Below are positions 38,709 through 48,864 of a DNA stretch of 64,000 bases, one piece after another; the stretch's first letter is position 1; every line of letters starts with the position of its first letter. Position numbers and translations under genes: made by a program. The stretch is from Candidatus Parcubacteria bacterium (GTDB lineage: Bacteria; Patescibacteriota; Minisyncoccia; Phycocordibacterales; JAKAEA01). The notes under the pieces are model-generated. The model ran no database searches and had not been told where the DNA came from. It saw nothing but the letters and a program-made list of their open reading frames with translations. The stretch covers positions 18,624 through 82,623 of the forward strand of contig CAWDXL010000021.1 in assembly GCA_963806325.1 (NCBI GenBank), given 5' to 3'.

Positions 38709-40289
38709 CAAGCTTGGATTTTGTAAGCACAAAGCTTCAAAATCCTTTTGTTTTTCAACAGTATCTAGAGGTTCTAACCGTTCTTTTATCTGCTTAACAT
38801 ATTTTGCACACTCGGGCATTGGCAAAAGTGTTTCTGCCAAGTTAACTATAAGTTTTTTGTCTTTTATCAATAGGTTCGAACCTAGAGTCGAAAGTATCCG
38901 TCTTCTTGTCTCCATTGAGCCGTTTTTGAACTTATCTCGGGCATGAGTGATAAATAACAACATATCGTCAGCCGCTTCAAGCCATTTCTCAACTCTTTGG
39001 TCGGTATTGCCTAATGCCTTCTTGAAATTATCTTTTTCCTCTTGAGCTCTTGTCTTTCTTTCAAGAAATTCTTGCTCTGTAAGCTCACCATTGGCTCTCA
39101 TGTCGATTAAGTTATCAATTTTGCGTACAGCGGCGTTATAGCCCTTCTGCTGGCTTTCCAACACTGAAGTTCTGCTTGTTGATTCTTTCTCGTGTTCTGC
39201 CTTAAACCACTTCATCGCAAAAGTATGAAACTCTGGCGGGATTTCAAGTGAATCAATCGTTAGGTCAATTTGCTTTTCAAGCTCATCTTGCTCTATAGAC
39301 CCCTGAGTACACTGTGGGTTTTTTCTTTTGGTACAGTGATAATAAATGTAGATATGAACATTACCATTTTTCTGTTTCTTCATTTTTGTTTCGGCAGTAA
39401 TCATACAACCGCATTCAGCACATTTCATCATACCGATAAAATCAAAAATATGTTTTTTCGGTCTAGGTCTACCTTCTCTTCCAAGTAGAAACTGAATTTT
39501 GTCGAACTCTTCCTCCGTCATCAAGGGTTCGTGAGTGCCTTTATGCCATTTGCCACTACCAACTGGATATTCAAAAATTCCATATCCAAACGGACGAGTA
39601 AGAATATTGTATATTGTGCTTCTACTCATCGGTTTACCTTGAGGTGTTTTAAATCCCCATTCTTTATTTACAATGTTTAATATTTTTGGGGGAGTGTATG
39701 TTCCTGTAAGCATGAGGTCTATCATTCTACGAAGGAGTGGAAATCTTTCTGTGTCTGTTTTAATACCCTTAATACCTTTTTCATCGGTAAAATTTAAATG
39801 ACCTAAAGGTGCAGGACCAGGGAATACTCCTAGACCAGCTTTTTGTCCTAAACCTCTTTTTACATCTCGTCCTTTTTTAGCAGAGTCATACTGAGATTGA
39901 GAAAGAGCCATCTGTAACATCCAAATACCTTCAGGTGTATTGTCGAAATGATAGGCAACAAATTTTAAATCCTGAATTTGATTTGTGCGAACCATGTAAG
40001 TTAATGATGCTGCGTCAATTTCATTTCGAGAAAGTCGGTCAGGATGCCAGACAATTAATCCTCGTCTATCTCCTGAACCAATTTTTTCAAGCATACCTGA
40101 AAAGAGTGGACGGTTGTAGGGTATGAAAGCACTTTTACTTTCCTCTATAAATTCAATATCAAGGTCGGGAAATGTTTCAAGAATTTTCGTCTTTTGAGCT
40201 GGAATTGACAATGCTTGTCGTTCTTTATCTTCACTAGATTTGCGAAGATATGCATAGTATTTAATTTTATTTTTGTGTTCAGATTTCAT
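38649..40289 (-). CDS. Large serine recombinase (phage-type integrase)
   Basis: 546 aa. N-terminal resolvase domain with YAYLRKSSEDKE (catalytic Ser) and LIVWHPDRLSRN. It also has a recombinase domain, a Zn ribbon (CAECGC...YYHCTKRKNPQC) and a long coiled-coil C-terminus. The last ~20 codons read antisense through tRNA-Gln. Confidence 0.9.
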   Translation of the reverse strand: MKSEHKNKIKYYAYLRKSSEDKERQALSIPAQKTKILETFPDLDIEFIEESKSAFIPYNRPLFSGMLEKIGSGDRRGLIVWHPDRLSRNEIDAASLTYMVRTNQIQDLKFVAYHFDNTPEGIWMLQMALSQSQYDSAKKGRDVKRGLGQKAGLGVFPGPAPLGHLNFTDEKGIKGIKTDTERFPLLRRMIDLMLTGTYTPPKILNIVNKEWGFKTPQGKPMSRSTIYNILTRPFGYGIFEYPVGSGKWHKGTHEPLMTEEEFDKIQFLLGREGRPRPKKHIFDFIGMMKCAECGCMITAETKMKKQKNGNVHIYIYYHCTKRKNPQCTQGSIEQDELEKQIDLTIDSLEIPPEFHTFAMKWFKAEHEKESTSRTSVLESQQKGYNAAVRKIDNLIDMRANGELTEQEFLERKTRAQEEKDNFKKALGNTDQRVEKWLEAADDMLLFITHARDKFKNGSMETRRRILSTLGSNLLIKDKKLIVNLAETLLPMPECAKYVKQIKERLEPLDTVEKQKDFEALCLQNPSLLRDLDSNQDTLLQRQMSYH

Positions 40290-40473
40290 ATTTTTGTTGG
40301 GTCAGAAACGCCAAACGGACGATTCTGGTTGACCCAATACACTTGCCCCCGAAGGAGTAGTTTTATCGGCAGAATCGCCCGTTTGGCACGACAAAGCAAC
40401 AAAAAACCTTCAGGTATGCAATCTGTATTGGGTCAACAAGTTAATTATACTCTAATAATTTTTACAGCCAAGC

Positions 40474-40920
40474 TTACATTGTGAGCGGTTTTCCCTCGCC
40501 AATAATCTCGACATCAGACTCTCCATGCTCGTTTACGATAGTAATCTTCCATTGGTCGAATTCATCCATGAAGTTCCAGTTAAGCTCTCGATATCGCTTA
40601 GCTTCCTTGAGAGTTTCAAATATGCCGCATGGCTCAAATTCTGGTTGAAAAGCATTTGCATTTTTGTGGTAAAGCTTGAAATGCGGAGATGATTTATATG
40701 CATTGAAGCCTTTCTCTTCAAGTTCGTTAAGTTCAATAGTTTTATTAATACTTTCACGAATCAGTACAGAAATTACGTCCTCGCCCTCATCATAGAGGCA
40801 GTCAACCACTTGCTCCAATTCTGCTTCACTCAATTCTCGGTCAATTTCTTGTTCAGCTTCGCACTGAATCATTTCTTCGGTAATTGGATACACTACTTTT
40901 TCTTTGTTTTGATTTTGCAT
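40474..40920 (-). CDS. Hypothetical acidic protein (element cargo)
   Basis: 148 aa with a strongly Glu/Asp-rich N-terminal half. No motif recognised. Confidence 0.5.
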   Translation of the reverse strand: MQNQNKEKVVYPITEEMIQCEAEQEIDRELSEAELEQVVDCLYDEGEDVISVLIRESINKTIELNELEEKGFNAYKSSPHFKLYHKNANAFQPEFEPCGIFETLKEAKRYRELNWNFMDEFDQWKITIVNEHGESDVEIIGEGKPLTM

Positions 40921-40935
40921 GTTTTAATTATTGTT

Positions 40936-42147
40936 TTAACCTAAGTCATATCTTTTAAATTCTTGTAATTTTTCCTCAACAACTGCAATTCCACGAGTAT
41001 AAGGAATATCTTTCAGGAGAATTGCAGAGTCTCTAATTTTTTCATCAAGACGCAGTCCACAACTTTTATCACTCCATAATGCATTCAGCTTATTTTTAAC
41101 TCTTCGTACACCAAATTCGTTTACAAGAAAATACAAGCCAAAATTGATTAGAGTTTTATTAAGAGTATGAGCATTTCTTTTGCCAGTTCTTTCTCTCTGA
41201 ATAAGAGTATTTAGGACATCCTCAGAAGAAATATCTATTTTGAATGCTAATTGATTAGCAGGTTTATCGGTAATGTCAGTCCAAGTTTTTAGGATTGCCT
41301 TTTTCCACAATACTTCACTAAAGATTGACTCGAATGTAATTACTTCAGGTTTATTAGGCAGAAGCTTTGAGACAAAACTGTATACACTTTTTTGACTATT
41401 GAATCTAATCTCAAGCCTCAATACTTGTTCGGTCTTACGCAATTTATCTTGAAGCAGACCGTACTCACTCTTCGTTTTATCTTTATCAACAGAGATATTT
41501 CTTGTTTTCTCAATGTCCTTCATTTTGTCATAGAAGATGATGTTATGAGAGCTTGTATAGAAATAAAGGCTCTCGCCATCATTTCTGTACTCTCGTGTGT
41601 TTACTTCCATTCGTCTTCCTAAATCCGCCTTTTTAAGTTCAGCCAATACATCTCTTACTGTCATTGGATAAGGTAGCAAAATGTTTTTGCCAAAATGAAC
41701 CTTTGTAGCAATTGAGTTTTTGATGGCTTTTTCGCTTGCGTTTATCCCCATTGTTGCGAGCTTCCGTTGCAGTAAGACAATAAGAGACTTAAAACAATTC
41801 TCTGAGTCTATAATTTCCTGGAGGTTGTTTCCGTAGAGTATTTTCGGAATAGAAAACTCTATATGAAGATAATAATTTAGTTCACCATCCTCAAATCGTC
41901 GGTATGCAGTAAGGCGGGGTTTATAGATGTCTTCCTGCCTGTCTTCAAAAGTTGAATTTTGAACATACTTCTTGAATGATTTTTGATAATTGAATGTACT
42001 AGGAATTTCTTTTCCTTGCTTGATAACTAACTCGGGATAAAACAACTCAGGTTTTACGACCTGAAACTCTGGGTATTTTATCTTTAGACTAACGGTATCA
42101 AGCATAAGCGTTAGCCTATTTGCGTTGCTTTTTATGTTCATATCCAT
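40936..42147 (-). CDS. Putative replication initiation protein (resembles the phage/plasmid gene II/X Rep family)
   Basis: 403 aa. The spaced pattern LDTVSLKI..., LHIEFSIPKILYGNNL, VHFGKN, ESLYFYTSSHNIIFYDK, VLRLEIRFN matches my recollection of that family (SLPK..G.N / YDK / LR.E). This is not verified by search. Confidence 0.4.
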   Translation of the reverse strand: MDMNIKSNANRLTLMLDTVSLKIKYPEFQVVKPELFYPELVIKQGKEIPSTFNYQKSFKKYVQNSTFEDRQEDIYKPRLTAYRRFEDGELNYYLHIEFSIPKILYGNNLQEIIDSENCFKSLIVLLQRKLATMGINASEKAIKNSIATKVHFGKNILLPYPMTVRDVLAELKKADLGRRMEVNTREYRNDGESLYFYTSSHNIIFYDKMKDIEKTRNISVDKDKTKSEYGLLQDKLRKTEQVLRLEIRFNSQKSVYSFVSKLLPNKPEVITFESIFSEVLWKKAILKTWTDITDKPANQLAFKIDISSEDVLNTLIQRERTGKRNAHTLNKTLINFGLYFLVNEFGVRRVKNKLNALWSDKSCGLRLDEKIRDSAILLKDIPYTRGIAVVEEKLQEFKRYDLG

Positions 42148-42213
42148 TTGTTATCTCATAACTTGTTGTCCCGAATATTCGTGGAATACTCCTGATGAGA
42201 TGCAAAATGAGTT

Positions 42214-42384
42214 TTATTGGTCTTCTTTTTTGTCTTGACCAATGTCCAAAGAGTCTTGTTCATAGACAGCTTTATAGAGATTTACAAAATTATTAGCTCG
42301 AAAAGACGCCTCTTCGTCAGAGAGTTCTATTCCAAAGCGTGCTTTGTAAATCTGCTTGTATTCTTCTATGGCTTCTTTGGGTAA
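42214..42384 (-). CDS. Small hypothetical protein
   Basis: About 56 aa starting at MLPKEAIEEYKQIY. Start uncertain. Confidence 0.35.
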   Translation of the reverse strand, partial: LPKEAIEEYKQIYKARFGIELSDEEASFRANNFVNLYKAVYEQDSLDIGQDKKEDQ

Positions 42385-42613
42385 CATAAGAAGCCCGCTC
42401 TTTACCTGACAGGTTCTTGAACGCTTAATAGCGACCTGCCAAGTAAGCAACGGGCTTACTCATGGCGTTCAAGATTTACGCAGCCAAAATAAAAAATAGG
42501 CTTACTTTGTAGGGTAATAAAAAAGCGTCTTTTTGACGCAATTTGTGAGACTTTTGTGAGAAATACTTCTAATTTCTTTTTTACTGAGTAATTTTTGAAC
42601 AAAATTCACAAAC

Positions 42614-43534
42614 TCAAAGTGATTTTTGTGAATGCTTCTTTGCTCGTTTTCTATTACGTTCACGTACACAATCTTTATTTTCTAAAGTATCAGGACAATA
42701 TTTTTTAGAGTGACCAAAAGGCAGTGCCTTACCACAATTATTACAAAAGGCTGAAACTCTGTATAAAGCGAGCATCTCTTCATGAAACAATGCTGCTAAG
42801 CTTCTGGCTACAACAACCGATATTTTCTTAGGTCGATTTTTTAGACCTGATTTTTTAATTTGTGTTTCATCAATCTCGTATTCTTCTGCACCAGTTGGGA
42901 TGAAACCATCGTTTTGATGTTGGTCTAAGGCTGTCCAGAGATTTGAGTTTGGGATTGTTAAGTTAAAAACATCTGAGTTAGATGAGGTTCTTAATTTCTC
43001 GTAAATATTAATATTACCTTTCATTATTTGTTCGTATTGCCTGTATATTTCCTCACCGAATTTCTTGTGATTATATAAGCCTCCCCAGAAATACAATCCT
43101 AATTTTTCGCCCATTACTTTGTCGTCCTCACGATTTATATACATCTGCCAAAACAATGGAGTATTGTAAGTACCTTGATAACTATATAAACCCAACTCAA
43201 ATCCTACGCCATTTCTTATAGTAAATTCACCTTCTTTTATAGATTCCATCAATTTCTTTTCAAGGTTTTCAGCCCAATCTTTTGCAGGCTTTAATTCTGA
43301 AATCTGTGAAAGCTGATTTTTCTTAAAGTTGTAAATTACAGATTGATATGGAAGAAACAGATTATCTAACGTAAGAGGCTCATTTTGTAATAGGGTTACA
43401 AATTTATCCCAGAGAATATTATAGGTGACCTCATCAAAATAATTCTCTGTTTCAGAATCCTTGCGGTGGTCGTTTACTATAATGGCATAGCGAATAGGAA
43501 ATCTGTCGGGTAAATTCTTCATATTATGCTTCAC
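42614..43534 (-). CDS. Hypothetical protein with a C-terminal Cys-cluster and basic tail (possible DNA binding)
   Basis: 306 aa. C-terminus CNNCGKALPFGHSKKYCPDTLENKDCVRERNRKRAKKH. Confidence 0.5.
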   Translation of the reverse strand: MKHNMKNLPDRFPIRYAIIVNDHRKDSETENYFDEVTYNILWDKFVTLLQNEPLTLDNLFLPYQSVIYNFKKNQLSQISELKPAKDWAENLEKKLMESIKEGEFTIRNGVGFELGLYSYQGTYNTPLFWQMYINREDDKVMGEKLGLYFWGGLYNHKKFGEEIYRQYEQIMKGNINIYEKLRTSSNSDVFNLTIPNSNLWTALDQHQNDGFIPTGAEEYEIDETQIKKSGLKNRPKKISVVVARSLAALFHEEMLALYRVSAFCNNCGKALPFGHSKKYCPDTLENKDCVRERNRKRAKKHSQKSL

Positions 43535-43636
43535 ATTACTTCACTTTTATATTTTATTCAAATTACAAAGCGGACTTCTCTTTACCCTCAAAATATGTTT
43601 AAATTGAACCACAACTAAATACGGTATAAGCCTAAA

Positions 43637-43774
43637 CCAGTGAGAAATCACTGGCATGGCATAAAATCCGCACGACACAAGAAAACCCGTTATCAGGGCG
43701 TGTCGTGCGTTGCTGGGAGAAATCCCAGCATGACCTTCGGGTCACCTGGTAGCGGGCTTTGTTGTATCCGCTAC
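43637..43774 (+). ncRNA. Cluster of five consecutive stable hairpins (candidate structured RNA or single-strand replication origin)
   Basis: The five hairpins are ccagtga-GAAA-tcactgg, cgcacgacac...gtgtcgtgcg (10 bp), gctggga-GAAA-tcccagc, tgacc-TTCG-ggtca and gtagcgg...ccgctac. The GNRA and UUCG tetraloops appear only when read on the plus strand. Confidence 0.5.
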
Positions 43775-43799
43775 TAAATTATTAGCTAGTCATAAAAAC

Positions 43800-44369
43800 A
43801 TGGACACGACACATGTCGGTAAGAAGAGATTTTATAAACGATGGTGGTTCTGGGTCTTAGTGATTATAGTACTTTTTATAATTATAGGCTCAAGTGGTAG
43901 TTCAACTACTCCAACTAAAGTTGCGAGCACTGATGCTACTACTACCTCTCAGCCCGCTCAACAGCAACAACAGGTCTATAAAGTTGGAGACAGTATAAAA
44001 CTCGGTGATTCAATTTTAACGGTTAATAAAATCTCAACATCATTTGGGGGACAATATACAAAGCCTTCTGAAGGTAATGAGTGGATAGATTTGAATATTA
44101 CTATTCAAAATACAAGTTCATCCCAGCAGTATGTAACAACAATGGGTCAAATGTTTGTTCGAGATGGTCAAGGTAATAGCTATCAAGTTGCTGTTACGGA
44201 CAAGCAACTAGAAAATCCGAGTGCTGGTTTAGATGGAGCAATTATTGCTAACAGTAAACGGACGGGCTGGGTCGGCTTTGAGGTTCCTAAGGGTGCTACA
44301 GGGCTTCAATTCCAATACAATGGCAGTTTGTGGGGTGGTGGCACAGTTCTTGTGAATCTGACTCAATAA
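43800..44369 (+). CDS. Membrane-anchored DUF4352-like protein
   Basis: N-terminal TM helix (WWFWVLVIIVLFIIIG), a Thr/Ser/Gln linker, then a beta-rich domain (GDS..L.......V..................G..W(I)...(I)T(I)QN.....................G..Y......GW(V)GFEVP) as I recall for DUF4352. Confidence 0.5.
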   Translation: MDTTHVGKKRFYKRWWFWVLVIIVLFIIIGSSGSSTTPTKVASTDATTTSQPAQQQQQVYKVGDSIKLGDSILTVNKISTSFGGQYTKPSEGNEWIDLNITIQNTSSSQQYVTTMGQMFVRDGQGNSYQVAVTDKQLENPSAGLDGAIIANSKRTGWVGFEVPKGATGLQFQYNGSLWGGGTVLVNLTQ

Positions 44370-44378
44370 TCTCAATAG

Positions 44379-44403
44379 AACCGCTGAAAAGCGGTTTTAT
44401 TTA
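44379..44403. terminator. Bidirectional hairpin terminator between convergent genes
   Basis: aaccgc-tgaaaa-gcggtt, flanked by T-rich sequence when read on either strand. Confidence 0.6.
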
Positions 44404-45296
44404 TTCCTTGGGGGATATTTGGTCTTTATTATTTCAAGCTGTTCTTTACTTGATGCAACGATTCTTTCGCCAGAATGCAAAGCTGTACGTTGATTTATAG
44501 GCTCAACATTTTCAGCTGGGATATCAATGTAGCAGTCTTCATTGATTGTCCAACCTGCCAATAAGGCAAGGTCTTTAGAAAGAGGAAGACTTACTTCGGC
44601 ATCTTTATAAATTAAACCAGGCTGACTTCCAATTGCTTTTGCTCCATACTTTTTTATTGATTCTGGACGTACCACGACAAAGGGGTCATCTGATGTAATA
44701 AAGTCGATGTCGCCATTCTTACGCTTTAAGATAGCCCACTTCATATCAAAAATAATTTGTGCAGTAGAAACAATTTGAGGTATTAAATCTGCGGCATGTT
44801 GCTCATCAAAATCTTTAAGACCTTCATCGAGTTCTTCAAGTGTTATCGATTTATCGTCGCCTGAAGATGGCATTATACTCGCAAGTTCACGAGCTTCAGG
44901 ATTACGGCGATATTCTTCCTGCCATTCTTGCATAGTTTCTTTTAACCTCTCAAACATATTTCTCATGGATTCTCGGTGCGGTCTTGTGCGGTGCAGCATC
45001 GCAGCAGTGAAGATTGCAATCTTTGCTCGCTCGTCAACAGTAAGAGGTATTCCCTTGGAAATCTTATTGGCAAATATGTCAGCAAATGCTCCTTCCATAT
45101 TAGCCAAAGTATCTTCTACGACAACGCTTTTCTCACCATTTTTCAAAGTAAGGCGGTAAAAGTGTGTTTCGACAAGAATATTTTCAGGTCTAATATTGAA
45201 TATTTTATCGCTGGTATCTAATACCCAAACGTATCCGTTTTTGTCGGTAAAATTCTCAAGATAACAGCGTGGTACTGTGTGATGTCGTTTCTGCAT
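44397..45296 (-). CDS. DUF4238-family protein
   Basis: 299 aa. The N-terminus MQKRHHTVPRCYLENFTD matches the characteristic HH.(V/I)P..YL..F opening of DUF4238. Confidence 0.6.
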   Translation of the reverse strand: MQKRHHTVPRCYLENFTDKNGYVWVLDTSDKIFNIRPENILVETHFYRLTLKNGEKSVVVEDTLANMEGAFADIFANKISKGIPLTVDERAKIAIFTAAMLHRTRPHRESMRNMFERLKETMQEWQEEYRRNPEARELASIMPSSGDDKSITLEELDEGLKDFDEQHAADLIPQIVSTAQIIFDMKWAILKRKNGDIDFITSDDPFVVVRPESIKKYGAKAIGSQPGLIYKDAEVSLPLSKDLALLAGWTINEDCYIDIPAENVEPINQRTALHSGERIVASSKEQLEIIKTKYPPRNK

Positions 45297-45447
45297 GACT
45301 TAATTATAACACCTTAACAAATACTGGTTTTTATGGCAAAATGAGCCTTAACAAAAGATTGGACGATATAGATAAAAATTTCTACTAAATGACTGATACA
45401 TCTCTTTTATTCTTCTTTTCCTAGCTAATTTCCTTTCGGGGTTACTT

Positions 45448-45941
45448 TTGTTTGCTATCGCCTCAATTATCTTGCCTTTTTATGCCAGATTGTGGAAAAA
45501 GCCCCACATGAGAATTATTCCTTTTGATAGAAGAAAGAAGTACTTTGAATTAACTCAATCCGAAGATAAACAATGGGAAGCAACCTTAAAATTATTGATT
45601 CAAAATAGAGGAAATAACACAATAGATAGGTTTTACTGGGAAATATTTATTGAGAAAGATATTTTTAGTAATGCTCAACCTATTGTTTCAAATATTCAAG
45701 AGTTTTCAATCGAAAAGAAGATTTATCAAAGTATGTGCGGCTATACGGTTTCATACAAAAACCAATCTTTGCTCTCGAGGGTATTGATTTTCCTTATGAG
45801 ATAAAAATAAAGATGAAAGATAGAAAAGAAACCAAACTAATGTACTATTTTAAAACTGACCAAGGTCAAATACCATTTTATTCATGGCTTGCAGTGTCAT
45901 ATGATAAGTTTCAATTTCTGAAATCAATTTTAATAAAATGA
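45448..45941 (+). CDS. Hypothetical protein, with a frame break near 45740
   Basis: ORFs 45448-45804 and 45735-45941 overlap and are collinear. Very AT-rich. No motif recognised. Confidence 0.4.
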
Positions 45942-46159
45942 AAAAAATAAAAGAAATTATCAAGTATGGAATCATTAACTGGCGGAATTTCTGGTTTCTG
46001 CTAAGTATTTTTGTGACTTCTTATTTTGCCTTTCATTTAGAAAAAGTTATTTTTGATATATATCCAAATCTAATAATAAAAGTTTCTAGCCATAATTTAA
46101 TTCTTCTAGCTACCTTTTTATTTGTCTTATTTTATTTATTTTCTTTATTCATCCAATAA
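45938..46159 (+). CDS. Small two-TM membrane protein
   Basis: 73 aa with two hydrophobic helices. It overlaps the previous gene by 4 nt. Confidence 0.45.
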   Translation: MKKIKEIIKYGIINWRNFWFLLSIFVTSYFAFHLEKVIFDIYPNLIIKVSSHNLILLATFLFVLFYLFSLFIQ

Positions 46160-46179
46160 AACAACTCAGAAAACAAAAA

Positions 46180-48526
46180 TTGCGTAGGCAACCATCCTGG
46201 GTATTTTATTCTTATTGGAGTTTAGTTGTAGCACCAATTTTGGGGTCAATTTACTTTTTTTATTTTTATCACAAATTATTACATATAACACTATCTCAGC
46301 CATGGTGGTTCGGTATTATTCTAGGTATTGCAACATTTTTTACGGGTTATTTTTCTAATGAAAATAAAATTGATTTAGCTTTTACAAAATTTGCCGCTGG
46401 TTCTGTTGGAATTGCCGATGATAAATTAAATTTTAAGAAAACAGCAGAACATACAGCAAAGGGTATATCGGGATTAAAAAATTATATAAATGTTGCCCGA
46501 ATATATGGGATTTTGGGTTCGGGGAAATCCTCATATATAAGAATGGTGATTGAGTATCTAGACAATAACAGCACTTTATATACCTATATCTCTTTAACAG
46601 AGACAAATGAAGCTAAGGATTTTTCCAGTCTCTTTGCAGAAAGATGGCTTGAAACCTTGCGGAAATGTATCCTAAGATTGATATTACTTCCTATCTACCT
46701 TTATGTATTCAATTCTGTAGAGAATGGGGGTCATGGAATATATTCTGAAATCTTAAATTTTGAGCTTTTATTGAAAAAGGACTCATTAAACAGAAGCCTT
46801 TTTTCATGACCAATTTACTCGAAAGAAGTAAACCAAAATTTGTTTCTAAGAATGTCGCTCAGTTGTTTGGGAATATTCCCAAAATCAAAGAAAATCTGTG
46901 GGTAATTGTAATTGATGAAATTGAACGTGCACAATTGGATGAAATATATAGAGTAGTTGAAATTATTGAACGATTTAAAAATGAAGGTAGGTTGGGTTTT
47001 TCCTATAAAACTATGTTTATTCTTTGTATATCTGAACCAGATTTTGAAAACTTATTAAAAACGTATTCTGAAAAAGATAATCTTGCCTGGTCTATCAGAA
47101 CTTTTTTTATGACCCAAAAAGTATTACTCTGCCCATTTTTCTTCCACCTATTGAGCCACAATTTAAATTTAACTATATTTTAAATCTATTAAAACAGGTT
47201 AAGGATTCTGAGGGTATTGATAATCTAAATCTAAGCGATATTTCTTTTGTTGTTGGGATTAATCCATCTCGACATTTCCTAGACAATCCAAAAGAGGCTT
47301 TAAGTTTTATTGTCAGTAGATTAATGGATGAGACTCCAAGAGTAATCGATAGAACAATTCAAACCCTATACTTCTTTTATGCTGCTTTCCGAGACCAGAC
47401 TGGTATTCCGCAAAAAAGCTCTATAAGATTTAGCGATATCTTAGCAATTGAGTATATAAAAATAAAATTTCCATTTCTCATTGATTTTTTTGCTAAAACT
47501 ATTCACAAGCTTGTTGCTCAGACACAATCTGATGAATTAGCCTCGTGGATTTTTAAAAATGAACTCAAGGATAAAAAGATGGGTCTTATGGAGTGGATTA
47601 AGAATGAGACAGGCACTGAATTGACTCCAAGTGAGCAGGAAGATGTTAAAAAATTTGTAAGTTTAGTAATGAACTATTACTTTGATTTTCTAAAGAATGA
47701 TGTGAATTTTAAAGTTAAATATGATTACATAGGTACAACGTCTTATCCTGAAACAATGTATGACCTTCTAACCCTAGTTGCTGATAACATTGATACACCT
47801 TATAAAAGAAACAGTAGAGTTTATTCTCAACATAAAAGCAATCCAGATTATAATATTAAGTCACTAACCGATATTGATTTATTAGGGTATTCAAGATTCT
47901 TGAATGATTTAAATGATACAACTATTCAACTACACTTTGATATAGTTGAAGCCATTTCTGAAAGAATTCTTAGTGGAATAATAAAATCAGAACCGTTAAA
48001 TACAGGAGACACATTATTTGATGAGGCTGTTTTTCAATTTTCATATCAACTTTTAGTGATTATTGAAAATGATAAAAGCGAGGCGGTTTCTTCCCCAGAC
48101 TTAAATAAAGTTTTTGAATATTTTAAAAATTTACTTTCATCGAATAAAGTTACAATTGGTGCAAAATATATTATTTTAAATTCATTTGCTAATAATCATA
48201 GGGGTGGGGGTTCTTCCATTCATTTACGATATGATAGTGCATTTCAGAAACTCCTAAAGTATTTCCGTAATGATATTTTGGATTTGATAGAACTTGTTTT
48301 TGCTGAAGCTAACCATAGATATTTATCTGAGAGAGAAGAAATTTATAAACATGAAGAAAACTTCTTCTATCTTTTGTATCAGGGCTGGTCTGGCTACAAA
48401 GATGCACATGATGAAATTGATAATATTCGCTCTATCGCAGCACATGGACTAGAGAAGTATCCAGGAGCAATAAAATTATATTGGAATGTATATCCTTTTA
48501 AAAATGGCTGGGAAAGTTGGGAATGA
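46180..48526 (+). pseudogene. Transmembrane KAP-family P-loop NTPase, fragmented by at least 3 frame breaks
   Basis: It has two N-terminal TM helices, Walker A GILGSGKSSYI and Walker B-like WVIVIDEIERAQLDEIYRVVEIIERFKN. An alternative frame at 47110-47320 reads KSITLPIFLPPIEPQFKFNYIL...LMDETPRVIDR, which links the pieces. The helical C-terminal region runs 47324-48526. Confidence 0.65.
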
Positions 48527-48540
48527 TTTAATAGAGGGGG

Positions 48541-48795
48541 ATGTATTTTTTTGGAACAAATATTAATGGAGCACTTCTCTATATGCCATTGGATACTTTG
48601 ATAGATATTACTAATAAGTCAGTATTAAAAGATGATGAGGAAATGCAGAGAAGAATTACTTATTGGAAGAAAATGTCTACGAAACAACAATTCAAAGATT
48701 TACAGCTCAAGGATGACAAAACAACCTTGAAGGCAGTTTTAATAGCGAGAGGGTATCTAAAAGCTCCTGAAGAGATAGAGAATTTAAATAAATAA
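48541..48795 (+). CDS. Small hypothetical protein
   Basis: An 84-aa ORF directly after the KAP NTPase. No motif recognised. Confidence 0.4.
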   Translation: MYFFGTNINGALLYMPLDTLIDITNKSVLKDDEEMQRRITYWKKMSTKQQFKDLQLKDDKTTLKAVLIARGYLKAPEEIENLNK

Positions 48796-48864
48796 TTTGA
48801 TTACGGATATCAAATTTTACCTTGGAATTTTAGCAGGGTATGTTTCACTTGTGGAGATAATAAT

